Of a stretch of 63,982 nt of DNA, positions 10,372 to 22,300 are shown piece by piece (within the stretch, counting starts at the first letter, position 1; each line of letters starts with the position of its first letter). Source of the DNA: a virus (lineage: Duplodnaviria; Caudoviricetes); the IMG/VR virus record IMGVR_UViG_3300033182_000145, positions 1 to 63,982 of that record, one strand, 5' to 3'. Both the position numbers and the translations under genes were made by a program. Below the pieces are notes generated by a model. It was not told the DNA's origin, made no database searches, and worked only from the letters and a program-made list of their open reading frames with translations.

Positions 10372-13300
10372 ATGACTGATTTTAGTTGGGCTTATAATCC
10401 CCTTGATATCAAACCGACCTCTACGATGGTCAGACAAATTCAGAAAGAAGAACTGAAAAAATACCAAGAAGGTTTTCAGTCTGTTCCTAGAACTAGTGAG
10501 GGGGCACAATACGAAAGCACATTAGCTAATCCAACTATCTTTATCGACAAAGCTGGTAAAAGAGTTAGAGGCCACATGACAGCACTCCAAGCTGGGGCTG
10601 AAGCCATGGCTGCTAGATACTCTCGAGGATACACCAGCAAAAATAGAGCCTTCTCCCAGTATGTTGCACGTATGGCATTGGGTGGTAGAGATCTATCCAC
10701 TTGGGATCCTGACGGTAAGGCTCCTCTTCTTTCTTTAAACGATAATCAAGAGCAGTTATTAACCAAGTTCTTGGGTGAGAATACATGGAATAATAATATA
10801 TTTGCTTATAATGAGCTGGGGGATTTACCCGTTCTTAATAATTTTTACCAAACTCCAGAAGAATTGTTTGAAGATCCCGCTCCAGCTAATTGGAATACAG
10901 CGGCAGCTTTAGAGCAATTAGAGTTAGCCGATCCAAATTTATACTACTCACTTGAATATTCTCTTGGGGGGAAAGAACGTTTGGAGGCTGTTGTTGAGAA
11001 GGCTAGAAATCCTGTTGAGTTTTTCTTTAAGCTAAACGATGCTCAGCAGATGCAGGCAATAGCCCAGTCTTTTGAGGAGTTTAGCAAAGAAGCAAACTGG
11101 ATCGAAGAGAGTGGAGTATTTATTTTTAATTTTATTAGAGACGGTATCCTTAATGATCCTGATATGGCAGCTAGTATGGCAATTACTGGTTTACTATCGC
11201 TTACTACAGCAGGTATTGGCGGCGCTGCTTATGCTGCTATTAAGCTTGCTAAGAATGCTAATAAGATTGCTACTGTACTAAAGAATGTTAAGAGATTTAA
11301 TAAAGTTCAAATGGGAACAAGATGGGTTTCTATGCATCTCCCAGAAAACATCGGACCTTACTTGATGCAGAGTAAGTTTTTTAAAGACAGCTACCAGCAT
11401 ATGAGTAAGTTGCAGCAGGTAGGAGTCAATGCTTTAGCAAACGCTACTGAAGGACTTATTACTGGCTCGTTAGCAGAGACAGCTAATCAATTTAAGTTAG
11501 TGGATGCCGGGATACAGGAAAAGGTAAGTGGGGCTGCTATTGCTCGTGAGGGGCTTTTAGAAATGGCTATCTCTCCTCTTATTAACCCCGCAATTGGTAG
11601 GCTTTATACCGGAATCAGTACCCTATCTATTGGTGCAGGTCGATTAACTTACAATGCTGGGGCTTACTTTGGAAAGCAGTTAAACCTTGTTACGCCTGAT
11701 TTAGGTAAGACTTTAAGCAAGATTGGAAAAGAGGCTTCTCAAAACTTTAGCCCTGAGGGATTACAAAGAACAATCCACGTATACGAAGCTAAGGATAGAC
11801 TTAAAACCAACCTGTCTGCCCTCTTAGGGGAGGAACAAAATATTGGTGATTGGATTGATGGCGATGAAATGATGCCCAATCTTTTAAATATTATTCGAAG
11901 AGTAACTAATTTAGATGATACGGTTTTACTGGATTCCCTTAATACTTCCTTAGAGGCTTTTATTGCTGACCCAGAAAACAAAAATATTACTATGGATCCT
12001 ATGGGACTGGCTGTTGGATTGATTGGATCCTTAGCATTAGATCCTGAAATAAACGCAAAGATGCAGCAGCAGGGTTCTGATGTCTTTACTGGAGCATTGC
12101 AGCAGTTTTTAGCAACAAGAGAAATTGTATCAGAGTCTAAGAACAGTATGGAGTATACTGGAGAAGAGATGACTCCTACTCAGTTTGCTGAGTGGATTGT
12201 CGAGAACAACGCTGAATATTTAACGATGCCTCCAGAAACAAAGGCAGAAGCTAAGAAAGAAGCGGGTGATAAGTGGGATGATATGAGCCATTCGGAAAGA
12301 ACTAAGAAAACCGAAGATGTTCATAATAGAATGGTTGAAGATCAGAATGCAGAGTTAAACGATATTGCACAGGAACAAGTTGGAACTACACAGAAATTAG
12401 AAACCGAAACCAAAACAGGAGCATCCGTAACCGGAACACCACTTAATCCACCTTCTCCCGGTGTTAATCCCGTTGTCCATGCACAGAAGGAGGCTAATAG
12501 GGTTGCAGAGCAGTTAGAAAAAGAACTTAATAAGATTACTAAAGAACTAAAAGAGGCAAGAAAAAGAAATATGCCTCTTTCAGATATTAAAGCTAGGCGA
12601 CGAAAAGTAGTTAATCAGCTTAAGAAAATTAGAACGGCTGCTAAAAGATTAACAAGGCTTCAAGATCAATTTTTAAATGCCATGGGAGCTACTAAAAAGG
12701 ATATTGAGTTAGGTAAGAAAATAATGGAACTAACCAATAACTTTGAGGCTGTTAAAGAACAGGTTCTCCCTCAGTTAGAAATTGAAGGAAAGCTTTTAGA
12801 ACTAACTAACAGATCCCTCCTTCTTACTAGACTCTTCTTAGATGAAGAAGCTGAAGGTACATTGTTTGAAAGAACAATTCGATCTTACGCTGATAGAAGT
12901 AAAATTACCGAAGAAGATATTACACTTTTAGAAGAGATCAAGCTATTTATTGAGGAAGATTTAAAACCATACCATGACCAAGGTGCTAAGCTGTTAACTC
13001 CTGAGGGTAAGTTATATAAGTATATTATACATATCTTAGATAACAAAGGTAAAATAAACTATAATGACTATCACAAAAACTTTATTAAAGGATTAACTGA
13101 GCTTCCTAGAACTTTAAGTAAGGCTATGCAGTCTGTTCACGGTGAAACATTTGCTAGGTATAAGAGTTTAGAAGACGAGATTCTTAACTTAGAAAGAGAA
13201 CAGAGATTAGAAAGAAAGAAGGCTGTTATAGCTGAAGGTAGAAAGCAGGTATTAGAGTTGGCGGGTATTGCTACCATGCCCTCTGTACTTCAGGAAAGAA

Positions 13301-16300
13301 AAGCTGTACGTTTAGAGAACGAGTCAAGGAAAGAGATTTTACTTCGTCTTGTGGATGAGTTTGTGGATGAGAAGAGCACTACAATAACTCAGGTTGATTC
13401 ACAAATAGATTCTAGTCGACTGGTTACTGAAAAAACTAAAGCAGCAGCCAAGAGACAGGGAGCTACTGACGAACAGATAGCAGAAGATATAGCAAAGGCA
13501 GAAGCTGATGCTGATAAGTTTGCAGGTAAGTCTGTTATGGAAGAGGGAGCGGACATGCCGAGCGCGGTCGCAAAAACAGCAGATACGCAAAAAGCTTTGG
13601 GCAAACTAACAGATGAGCAATTAGATAGAGTAGATAAGTTAATAGATAGTCATGATTATGATGCGGATGATCTAGCTATCCATATTCCAGTTGTGTGGGT
13701 GAGCAACGGAAGAATTGAGGTTGCATCGAAATCGGAAGTACTAAACCTTGGATCTAAGGAAGAAGCTAAGGCTGCTGTTTCTGAAGCTAAGGCATCGAGA
13801 GTAGAAGTAAAAAAGAAAACTATAACGAAAATGAATCCTGCTGATCCTGAGTTTGCTGCTGTTATAGATGACAAAAACTTAAAGAAGAAGCTGGGTAAGA
13901 AGCCTTTAAAGATTGAAGAAGTAAAGAAACGTATCTCAGAATTCTATGAAAAGAAAATTGCAACTCTAACAAAGGGTCTCAGGCCTTCTATTAGAACTAA
14001 TAGAGCACCTCGATATTATCCCAAGGTTAGAGATGAAACTCATAAGTACCTTCATAACTTTACGGATGATGAAATTCTCAGTGTAGACTACGATTATATT
14101 GAACGTATTGAATCTAATAGAATGGACTTATCCGAGGTTGTTAGAAGCCCTGAGGAAGAATTAAAAGAGCTTACCCAGTGGAAGGTTAACTTAATTAACT
14201 TATTTAGATACTTCTCTAATACTAATCACAAGGACTTGGAGAACGGAGTTCATGTCTTTAGAATCATTGCGTCGATGCCGAGCTACTTTAGAAAGATTTC
14301 TTTAGACGGTAGTATTCATATATTCTTACAAGAAGCTTTAATGGATCAAGAGAATTTTGGGGTAGACGATGATATTTCCACCCAACGATTTGATTTAAAT
14401 AAGGTTATTGAATTAGTAAGCGAACAAGAGAATAAGGCTTTTAGAGCTACTGATGGAATTAAGAAACGAATGGCTCAGGAGTATGGTGCTAAGATTGAAG
14501 AGCAGCTCCGTAGAGAGGGAGACCCCTCGAACGTTAATGATCTTGAAACTGCTTTAGAGTTTATTACAAAGGTACGACAGGCTTTGGATTTCTATTACCA
14601 GAGCAACGCTAGACCGAATGGACCAGACGGCCCAGTGAGGTATGTACTTGAGGTAGATGAGTTTGGACGAGCTACAGAAACTACCGATAGTACTACGGTT
14701 TATGTAGCAGCAGTTAGAACTGGTATTACAGCTAGAATACATCAGTTAACCAGAGCAAAGTTTAAAAACAAGTTTACCGCGCTCCTTGAAAAAGCAAAGA
14801 AAGAAGGAGCTAAGGGATCTACTGATCAGGAAGTAATAACAGACTATATTGTAAATAATCTCAACTTAATGAACTCCTCGGAATTAGATACCGCAGGGTA
14901 CGTTGAGTTTACTCTTGAAGGTTTTGGAGATGGTACTCTTGCTTGGGGGAATGACCCCGGAACAGTGGGCGGAGCTATTGTTGATACATTCTTGGGAAGA
15001 GCTATCCCTGAGTTATATAACTTACAGGCTGTTGATAGTATTGAAGCAAGTAATATTAACGAAAGAAGTATAGATCAGGGAGAATCTCTTATAGTGACTC
15101 CAGCAGGAATTGGAGATTTAAACCTTGCTGCTCCTGTTGGCTTATGGAAGATAGCTCGTGTTGTTGAGAATGCACGGTGGCGTAGTAGAATTACCGCTAT
15201 TTTAGAGGCAGCCCGAGAAGGTAAATTAACCGCTAAGCAGAAGAAGATATTAGAAAAGTGGAAAGAAGATCAGGTTATTCCAGAGGATATTTCCCCAACA
15301 GACGATCAATTAGGAGCTTTCTTACTTCCCCAAATCTTTGGTCATAACATGCAGGAAAAGGCTATGACCAGAGATCAGCAGATCGAGGCTATTACTTACT
15401 TCTTAAGTGATATCCCTCAGATTAGTGCTTCTATTATTCAGGATTCAATTACTCTGAGCAGAGGAAGCGTTGTTCGGTTTAGGGATACGGCAGAAGCTCC
15501 CCAGCCCTTGAGCTTAGGAAACATGGAGTCTATGCCCAAAATGGGAACAATGAATGCTATACCGATTAGTAGAATTGGAGAGCTGTTAGCATTAGAAAGT
15601 ATGATTCCTAATCTTACAAACTATACTACAAACATGGTTAAGTTTGCGGATAGATATGCTAGAGAGTATAGAGAAAAGTGGGAAGCAGCCAATCCGGGTA
15701 AAGAGTTTGATCAGTCAATTATATTTGATCCTGCGGCATATGATGATATGGGTGCAAGTATTGATAGTATTATCCATACTTTAAGTTTAGCTGCTACAAG
15801 GGCTCCCCAAGTTTCTGATGCATTAGCTAACTTAGAAGCCATGTTTATTATGCCGAACGGTACAGAAACAGATTTTGAACTTCTTAAACTAGACGAGAAG
15901 GGAAACATTGTAGTATCTGACGAAGCAAGGAAAAGAGGATTTACGAGTAGAGCCGAAGAAGATTATTATATTAATACGGGAATTACCCTTGTAAGTAAGA
16001 TGAATGAGATGTTTGGGGAAAACCACCCACTAAGAAAACAAGCAGGCGAGTTTATTGGTGTTCTTAATTGGTTAACCGATAACAACATAACAACTGCTAT
16101 TGAATACCAGAATAAGATAAAAGAGTTAGAAGAAAGTGGAAATCAAAAGGAATTAGCTAAGGCCGATGCCCTTAGAGAATTCTTAAAAATTCCCATTATG
16201 CGTAAGCTATATGGTGGTGGTCTTCCTTCCTTCCGTTCTGAGTTTATTGGAAGAACTGCTAATAGTAAGAAGGTTATTGCTGATTTAAATAAGGCATTTG

Positions 16301-19300
16301 GTATAAAACTTTCTGAAGATAATATAATGGGAATGGGTAAAATCCTATTAAACCGAGCTCAGAACCAAGCTATTGTTCTGTTAAATTCGGCGTTAGGATT
16401 GCAGCCTAAGAAATTAAAGGCAGTTAGAAACTTCTTAAGTTTAAAGCCGGATCAAGATCTTACGGCAAGAGGACAGAATCTTAAGGCTAGCTGGGAAGAA
16501 ATTGTTAGATCTTTGAATACTCCGCACGGACAGCAGACTACGTTGACGGATAGTAATCCTCTAACTACCTTAGATATAGCTATAACTAACCTTACAGCTC
16601 AGCTTAACGATATTGCTGAGATTGAGGGTATTCGTTTTGCGGAGGCAAAAAGAAAGTACGCGCACGCTGAGAAGGGCTTAAACTATTTAAAGAAACTTAA
16701 AAAAGACCATACAGAGTTAGAAGTTGGTAGCGAAGAGTGGGCTACATTCCAAGAAATTGTTCATGGTAAGAAGCAAACATGGAGAACGATCGGTCTCTTT
16801 AAGGCTTTGAATATTCTTAACTCGTCTGCCTACAAAGCAAACATTGAAAGAATAACAGCTGTAGCTGAAGACTTTGGGCTTACTGGCTTTGATGCTAAGG
16901 ACTGGCTGGGATTAGAAAACTTAGTTCTATATCACTTGAATCTTCCTACAGCTTCGTCTAAAAGATCTTATGCACACGGAGCCGATACGAACGGAATCTT
17001 TAACGAAAGAGCTGTCGTTAGTCCTGAGCTTTATGAAAACTTCAGAGCTAAAATGAAACAGCTGGAAGCTAAGCAGGGTGCTCCTATTTCACGTCAACAG
17101 TTCTTAGCTGAGTTTAACGAGTTCTTATCCGCAGAAAATATTGATAGTATGGGAATGTGGGATCTCAAAGATAACGTTATGCGGAGAAAGGAAGATGGAG
17201 AACTAAAGAGCAGAGAAGAAATACAGGAAGAGATTGGAGAATTGCTGGATATCGGGGCTCTTCTTTATTGGGCTCAGAATGATAAACTTCCTCCGGGTAT
17301 GTTTGAGAATCAGTTAGATGATCTGGGAGACGTTGAGGTTTATAAGCATGTCTTAGAGGACATGGCTCGTAAAACTGAAGAAAGAGCTGAAGGTATTATT
17401 ACTGAGCAGCAAGAAGAAGAGATGGCCTATAGAGAGGGATATCATGAATTCTTAAGACTGAAGGCAAAAATTGCTGGCGGCTTAGTCCATCCTCGGGTGG
17501 CTAATGATTTAGATTTGCCTGTTGTTGATTTCTACACTAGAGAAAGAAGCATATCGGAAATGGTCCCCACCTCAGCGGGACAACTTCATATCTCTACGGT
17601 TAATCCCAAGGGTGTCTTATCAATGATGCCTCAGACCAAGAGAATGTCTTTCCATAATATCGGTATTCCTGTTCTTCAAGAGATAGCTATTAGAAGACAG
17701 ATTAATAATATTCTTAGTCCGGTTCAAAGATTAACTAATGATCAAACGTTAACTAAGGAAGAAGGATTAATCTCAGAAGAGTTCTTAGGATATCGTGGAC
17801 CTTGGAAAGAAGAAAGTCTTCCTAAGCCGTTGCCTATTACTATTGATGAGATTGCTGACCTCAGAGCTAGAGATACCGATGGGTCTCACCTTAAGGCAAT
17901 ACGTATTATTACAGATCTTAGAGTGTGGGCAGACGAAAGAGGAATGGATCCCACTAAGATTCAGGGAGAAGCAATCCCCTTCTGGTTTGTCGTAAAGGAA
18001 ATGGAACAAGCAAGACATAATTTATTCCTTCGTAGTGAAGAACAAGCTTTCTCGGAGGAGGGGGGACTAGCCGGAGTAGATTTTGTACGTCAGCAAAACA
18101 GATTAAACTGGTTATCGGATTTACATAATATTACTTATTATTCACGAGATCTTAAAAACAGAGAATTATCTGGATTAACTATTGAAGAACAGTCTCGTAA
18201 ATTAGCGCTAATGACAAAAGCTAGTGAGGAAACTTGGATTAACTTACTACGTAATAGGGTGTCTGAAGACAACCCATACGGTAAGGCTTTGTCTTCCCCC
18301 ACAAAGGTTGCGGCTGCTTTAGAAATGATTCTGCCTAGAGAAGCATTCTTAAGAATTAAGAGAAGTATTGATTCAAATGCAGAAATAGTCTGGAGTGAGT
18401 TAGCTGAGCTTGCCTCTATCTGGCAGCAGACTGACTTTAACTACTACCTTGTCTCTCAGTTCTATAACAACAGTGTCTTCCCTGATGCACTAAAGGAATT
18501 TTCTATTGAAGAGAACGGCAAGACAATTCATCCTTATAGGGATATGCTTGTTCCTGAATTAGACGAGAACGGTGTTGTTAAGAAAGACTCAAAGGGTAAG
18601 GACTTAATGATCGAGGTTTGGAAGGATCCTAATTCTTGGATTAACCATATCAAACCAGAGCATAAGGAAGAGTTAATTCAAATCGCTCAGAGATTAGTTG
18701 ACGATCCTGAAAAGGGAGTTGGGAATGTTGTCTTTGATACACTGATGATTGAAAAGTTAGAAACAGATCCAAGGGGCCGAAGCAAGGCCGCTAGAGATAT
18801 GTACTATGCTTTATTCCCGAAGGAAGATGTTAACGCTGTTAGCGAGTCTACATCATTGAAGTCTCCCTTCCCAGCTCTACAGGCACAGGGGCAGTCTTCT
18901 AGTAAGGTTCGAGGAACGGGAGGAGATTTAGTTCTTACGCCAGCTAGAGCCTTAGAGATGTTAACCTTCTTAGAAAACTTTAATTTCTACCAGAGAGTTC
19001 AAACTCAGGAATTACTGGATGGTAAGGCTATTGGTGCTGTTATGGATAGCTCTCGAGAAGAAGCTATAAACAGAGAAACCTTAAGCCGTAGACTTAGAAA
19101 TGGCTTAGGACATAGCCAAACAGAAATGACTAAGGCTAGCCAGCAAACCAGTGAGGCTATTCTTCGGTTAGCTCGTGGAAGACAGACTAGAACAATTACA
19201 AACGATAAGCAAACATTATATGGTGCTCATCCAAAGGTGGTTGATTTAGATCATTACACAAACTTTGACAGCTCTTACACAGATAACTTTGCTCCTGCGT

Positions 19301-22300
19301 GGGTTGAATCCTTTATTGGAAACTTGTCTAAGATTGAACACTTATGGAAAACCACAGGAATAGATAACTTCGTTCGTCTTGATAGGGGAGAAAGAAATGT
19401 TCTTGCTTACTTAGAAGAACTTAAGAAAACTGTAAGAACAGAACAAAAAGGACAAGCCTTAGCAGAAACTATAGCTTTAAGTATCTTGATAGATAATGTA
19501 GGCAAAGATTTAGTAATAAGCCCTGAAGAAATTCACACCTTCTTTAATAGAGATCTAATGACAGAAGAAGATATTTCAAAAGGTATTGATGTGGCTACTG
19601 GGATGATGCGTCAGATAAACAGGGGGTATAGCTTATATAAAAATAATCCTAACACTGATGTAAGAATGTATCCTGCTTTAGTAAGCTTAGCAAGAGAGGT
19701 GTTTTCTTCGTATGATCTGTCTCAAAAAGACTTAGTTGCAGAGTTTAAAGAACTGTATGTAGAAAAAGTAAACCCAAGTGCTGATGAACAGTTTGGATTT
19801 AGTAGAAAGGACGATACAGTTGAGTTTGAAAATGGAGACTCTGCTTTACATTATGTTCTTACTCACGCATTAGGAGAGGAGTTAGAAACTTTAAACACCC
19901 GTCGAGATATGCCGGATGTTGATTCTTTAACTCCTAAACAGTTCCAGATTATCGGGCAAGATCTTGTCACAGCAGTTCAAACTTCTGAATCATTTGAAAA
20001 AGCTATTAGATCTATAGATCCTACTGGCAATATTAATTCAGATTTGCTTAGACTGGGACAGCAGTTAAGAGATATGGAGAATCAGGGACTGGTTCATAAA
20101 AATAATCTTAAACTGCTCAGAGCTATGATTCTTAGATTACATGATATTTCTCCAGATTGGTTCTCTGATTTTAACTTTGAATATATAGATGCAGCAGAAC
20201 GAACGGCTGCACTTAGAGATGAAGAAGGAAATGTTGTTGTTCGATTAGGACGAGACCTTACTAGACCCTACTCTTCACCCGATGTTGCTCTTACCTTTGC
20301 CCATGAGTTATTCCATGTTGGTAAGTTTAAGTTTGTTGAAAGTAATCCGGGTGTTTGGAATCAGTGGAAGGCTTTATGGGATTCTACTGCGGGCAGATCG
20401 TTAATGCGTAAGCATGTTACAGCTTGGAATAACGGTAAGTTTAATGCCGCAGAATATGACGCATACATGAAAAACCCAGACGAGTATCTTGCTGCCTTAG
20501 GTTCTTTCTTTATGATGAATGATATCTTGCCTGTGGTAGATACCTTAACTGTAGAAGAACGAAACATCAATAATAAAACGATGTCTGTTTTAGGTAAGGT
20601 TTTAGACTTTGTTCGCAACATGTTTAATAGAGTATCTAATGTGTGGGCTAATTTCTATTCAGCAAATCCTGAATTATCTAACCACGTTGAGACCCTGATA
20701 CAACGTACTATGGGTTGGGACCACAAGGCAGGAAAGGGATTAAAGGCTGATAAAATTGCTGGAGCTCCCACAGAAATGTTTATGAGAATGAAGTATCCTC
20801 AAGCTGAAGAAACCTTCAATTCAACCGATTTTGAAAAGAAGGTAAGACAGTTCGTAGCTTTAAGAGAAAAACACGATAATAATACTATTGGTCGAGAAGA
20901 GTTAGTGGAGTATGATGGCCTTCGTGAATACTTCTCTACGTCTAACGAAGCTCAGGTACATACTAACTTAGGTCAAACTAGGCAGGAGTTTTATGAAACT
21001 AAGCTCTTTATTGAGGAACATTATATGACTCAAACAGGGAGTATTGATATCACGAAGATATTGAACGATACTCCTCAGAGTGTCCGAGGTATTATTCCTC
21101 GAGAACAGGCTAGAGATAGTATTATTCTTACCGCGACTCAGATGATGATGGACCAGATTAAAAGTAGATTTGGGCCTACGATTCAAAGAAACGCAGGAGA
21201 GATAGCAGCTACCTTAGGAGCTGGTGTTAGTAAGTTATTCGGCAAAGAATCTAGATTTATGGAGCAGCAGTTAGCAGAGTGGACTACTGGTAAGGCGGGG
21301 ACCAACTTTACCTTTAACGGTCCTCATCAGTTTGTTGCTCACCTTACTCAACTTATCGATGATAATATTGGAACCAGCTTAGGCCAGTATACAAACGTAC
21401 ATGGTCTTTACTCGTTAAACAATATCATGAATCAGTTAGATTTATTCTCTGAAAACATTCTTCCGGCAATTACCGGGATTCAAAAGATAACTAGAAACTT
21501 TGTGCAAAGAGTTGTTGATACTCCTAATCTTGATCCTAAGGCTAGAGATATGGAGACCAAGATAAACTCTGAGATGGCAAAGCTTTTTGAAAACCCCAAT
21601 CATGAGATTAATTTCGATAATGATGAAAACCTCTTAAAATTAAACACCGAAAAAATTGGAGAGCTTCAAGATCATATGAAAACAGTGGCCTCCACCATGA
21701 GAAAACTTTTACAGTCGTATGAAGGTGTTCTTAGGGAATTAGGAGAATCTAGAGAAGGAGCACAGATTCGTACTCCTCTTAGACTGTCTACTAATATACG
21801 GGATACTACGGGAAGCGAAAACTTTAGAGTGGAGTTACGTAAGATCTTTAGGGAAGGTTTGGAGAATAATGATTTAAGTATTGATGCATTAACCATGATC
21901 GAGGGTGGTCTTCTTCCTAGAACTGATAGACGAGCTTCATTGGTAGAAGATTTAGATCGATTGGAGAGAGAGTATCCGGGCTACAGGCAATTCATTGCTT
22001 ATGAGCTGGGCTCTACTTTGCAGACAAGAAGCGAAACACAGCTTACTGAGGATCAGCTTACGGAACGAGGTGAGGCTATTCTTAAGGGATTAAAGAGTGA
22101 TACAACAGAAATTTCTAACCACTCCTTAGGTCTTACTAGGAAAGCTGTTATTGAGATAATGAAGAAGATGCAGAGAGGGGATCTAACGTGGACTAAGATT
22201 GCACGAATGGATAACACTGCTAGACTTCGTGATACTTATATGGCTACAATTAGAGAAGGCTCTACAAAGATTGGAACTGAAAGACTACAGTCTCTTAGTG

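Noticed and set aside
16880-16905. TGFDAK as motif C of the virion RNAP-like domain
   Set aside because: Too short and lacking a convincing beta-hairpin context; it cannot be assigned by eye.
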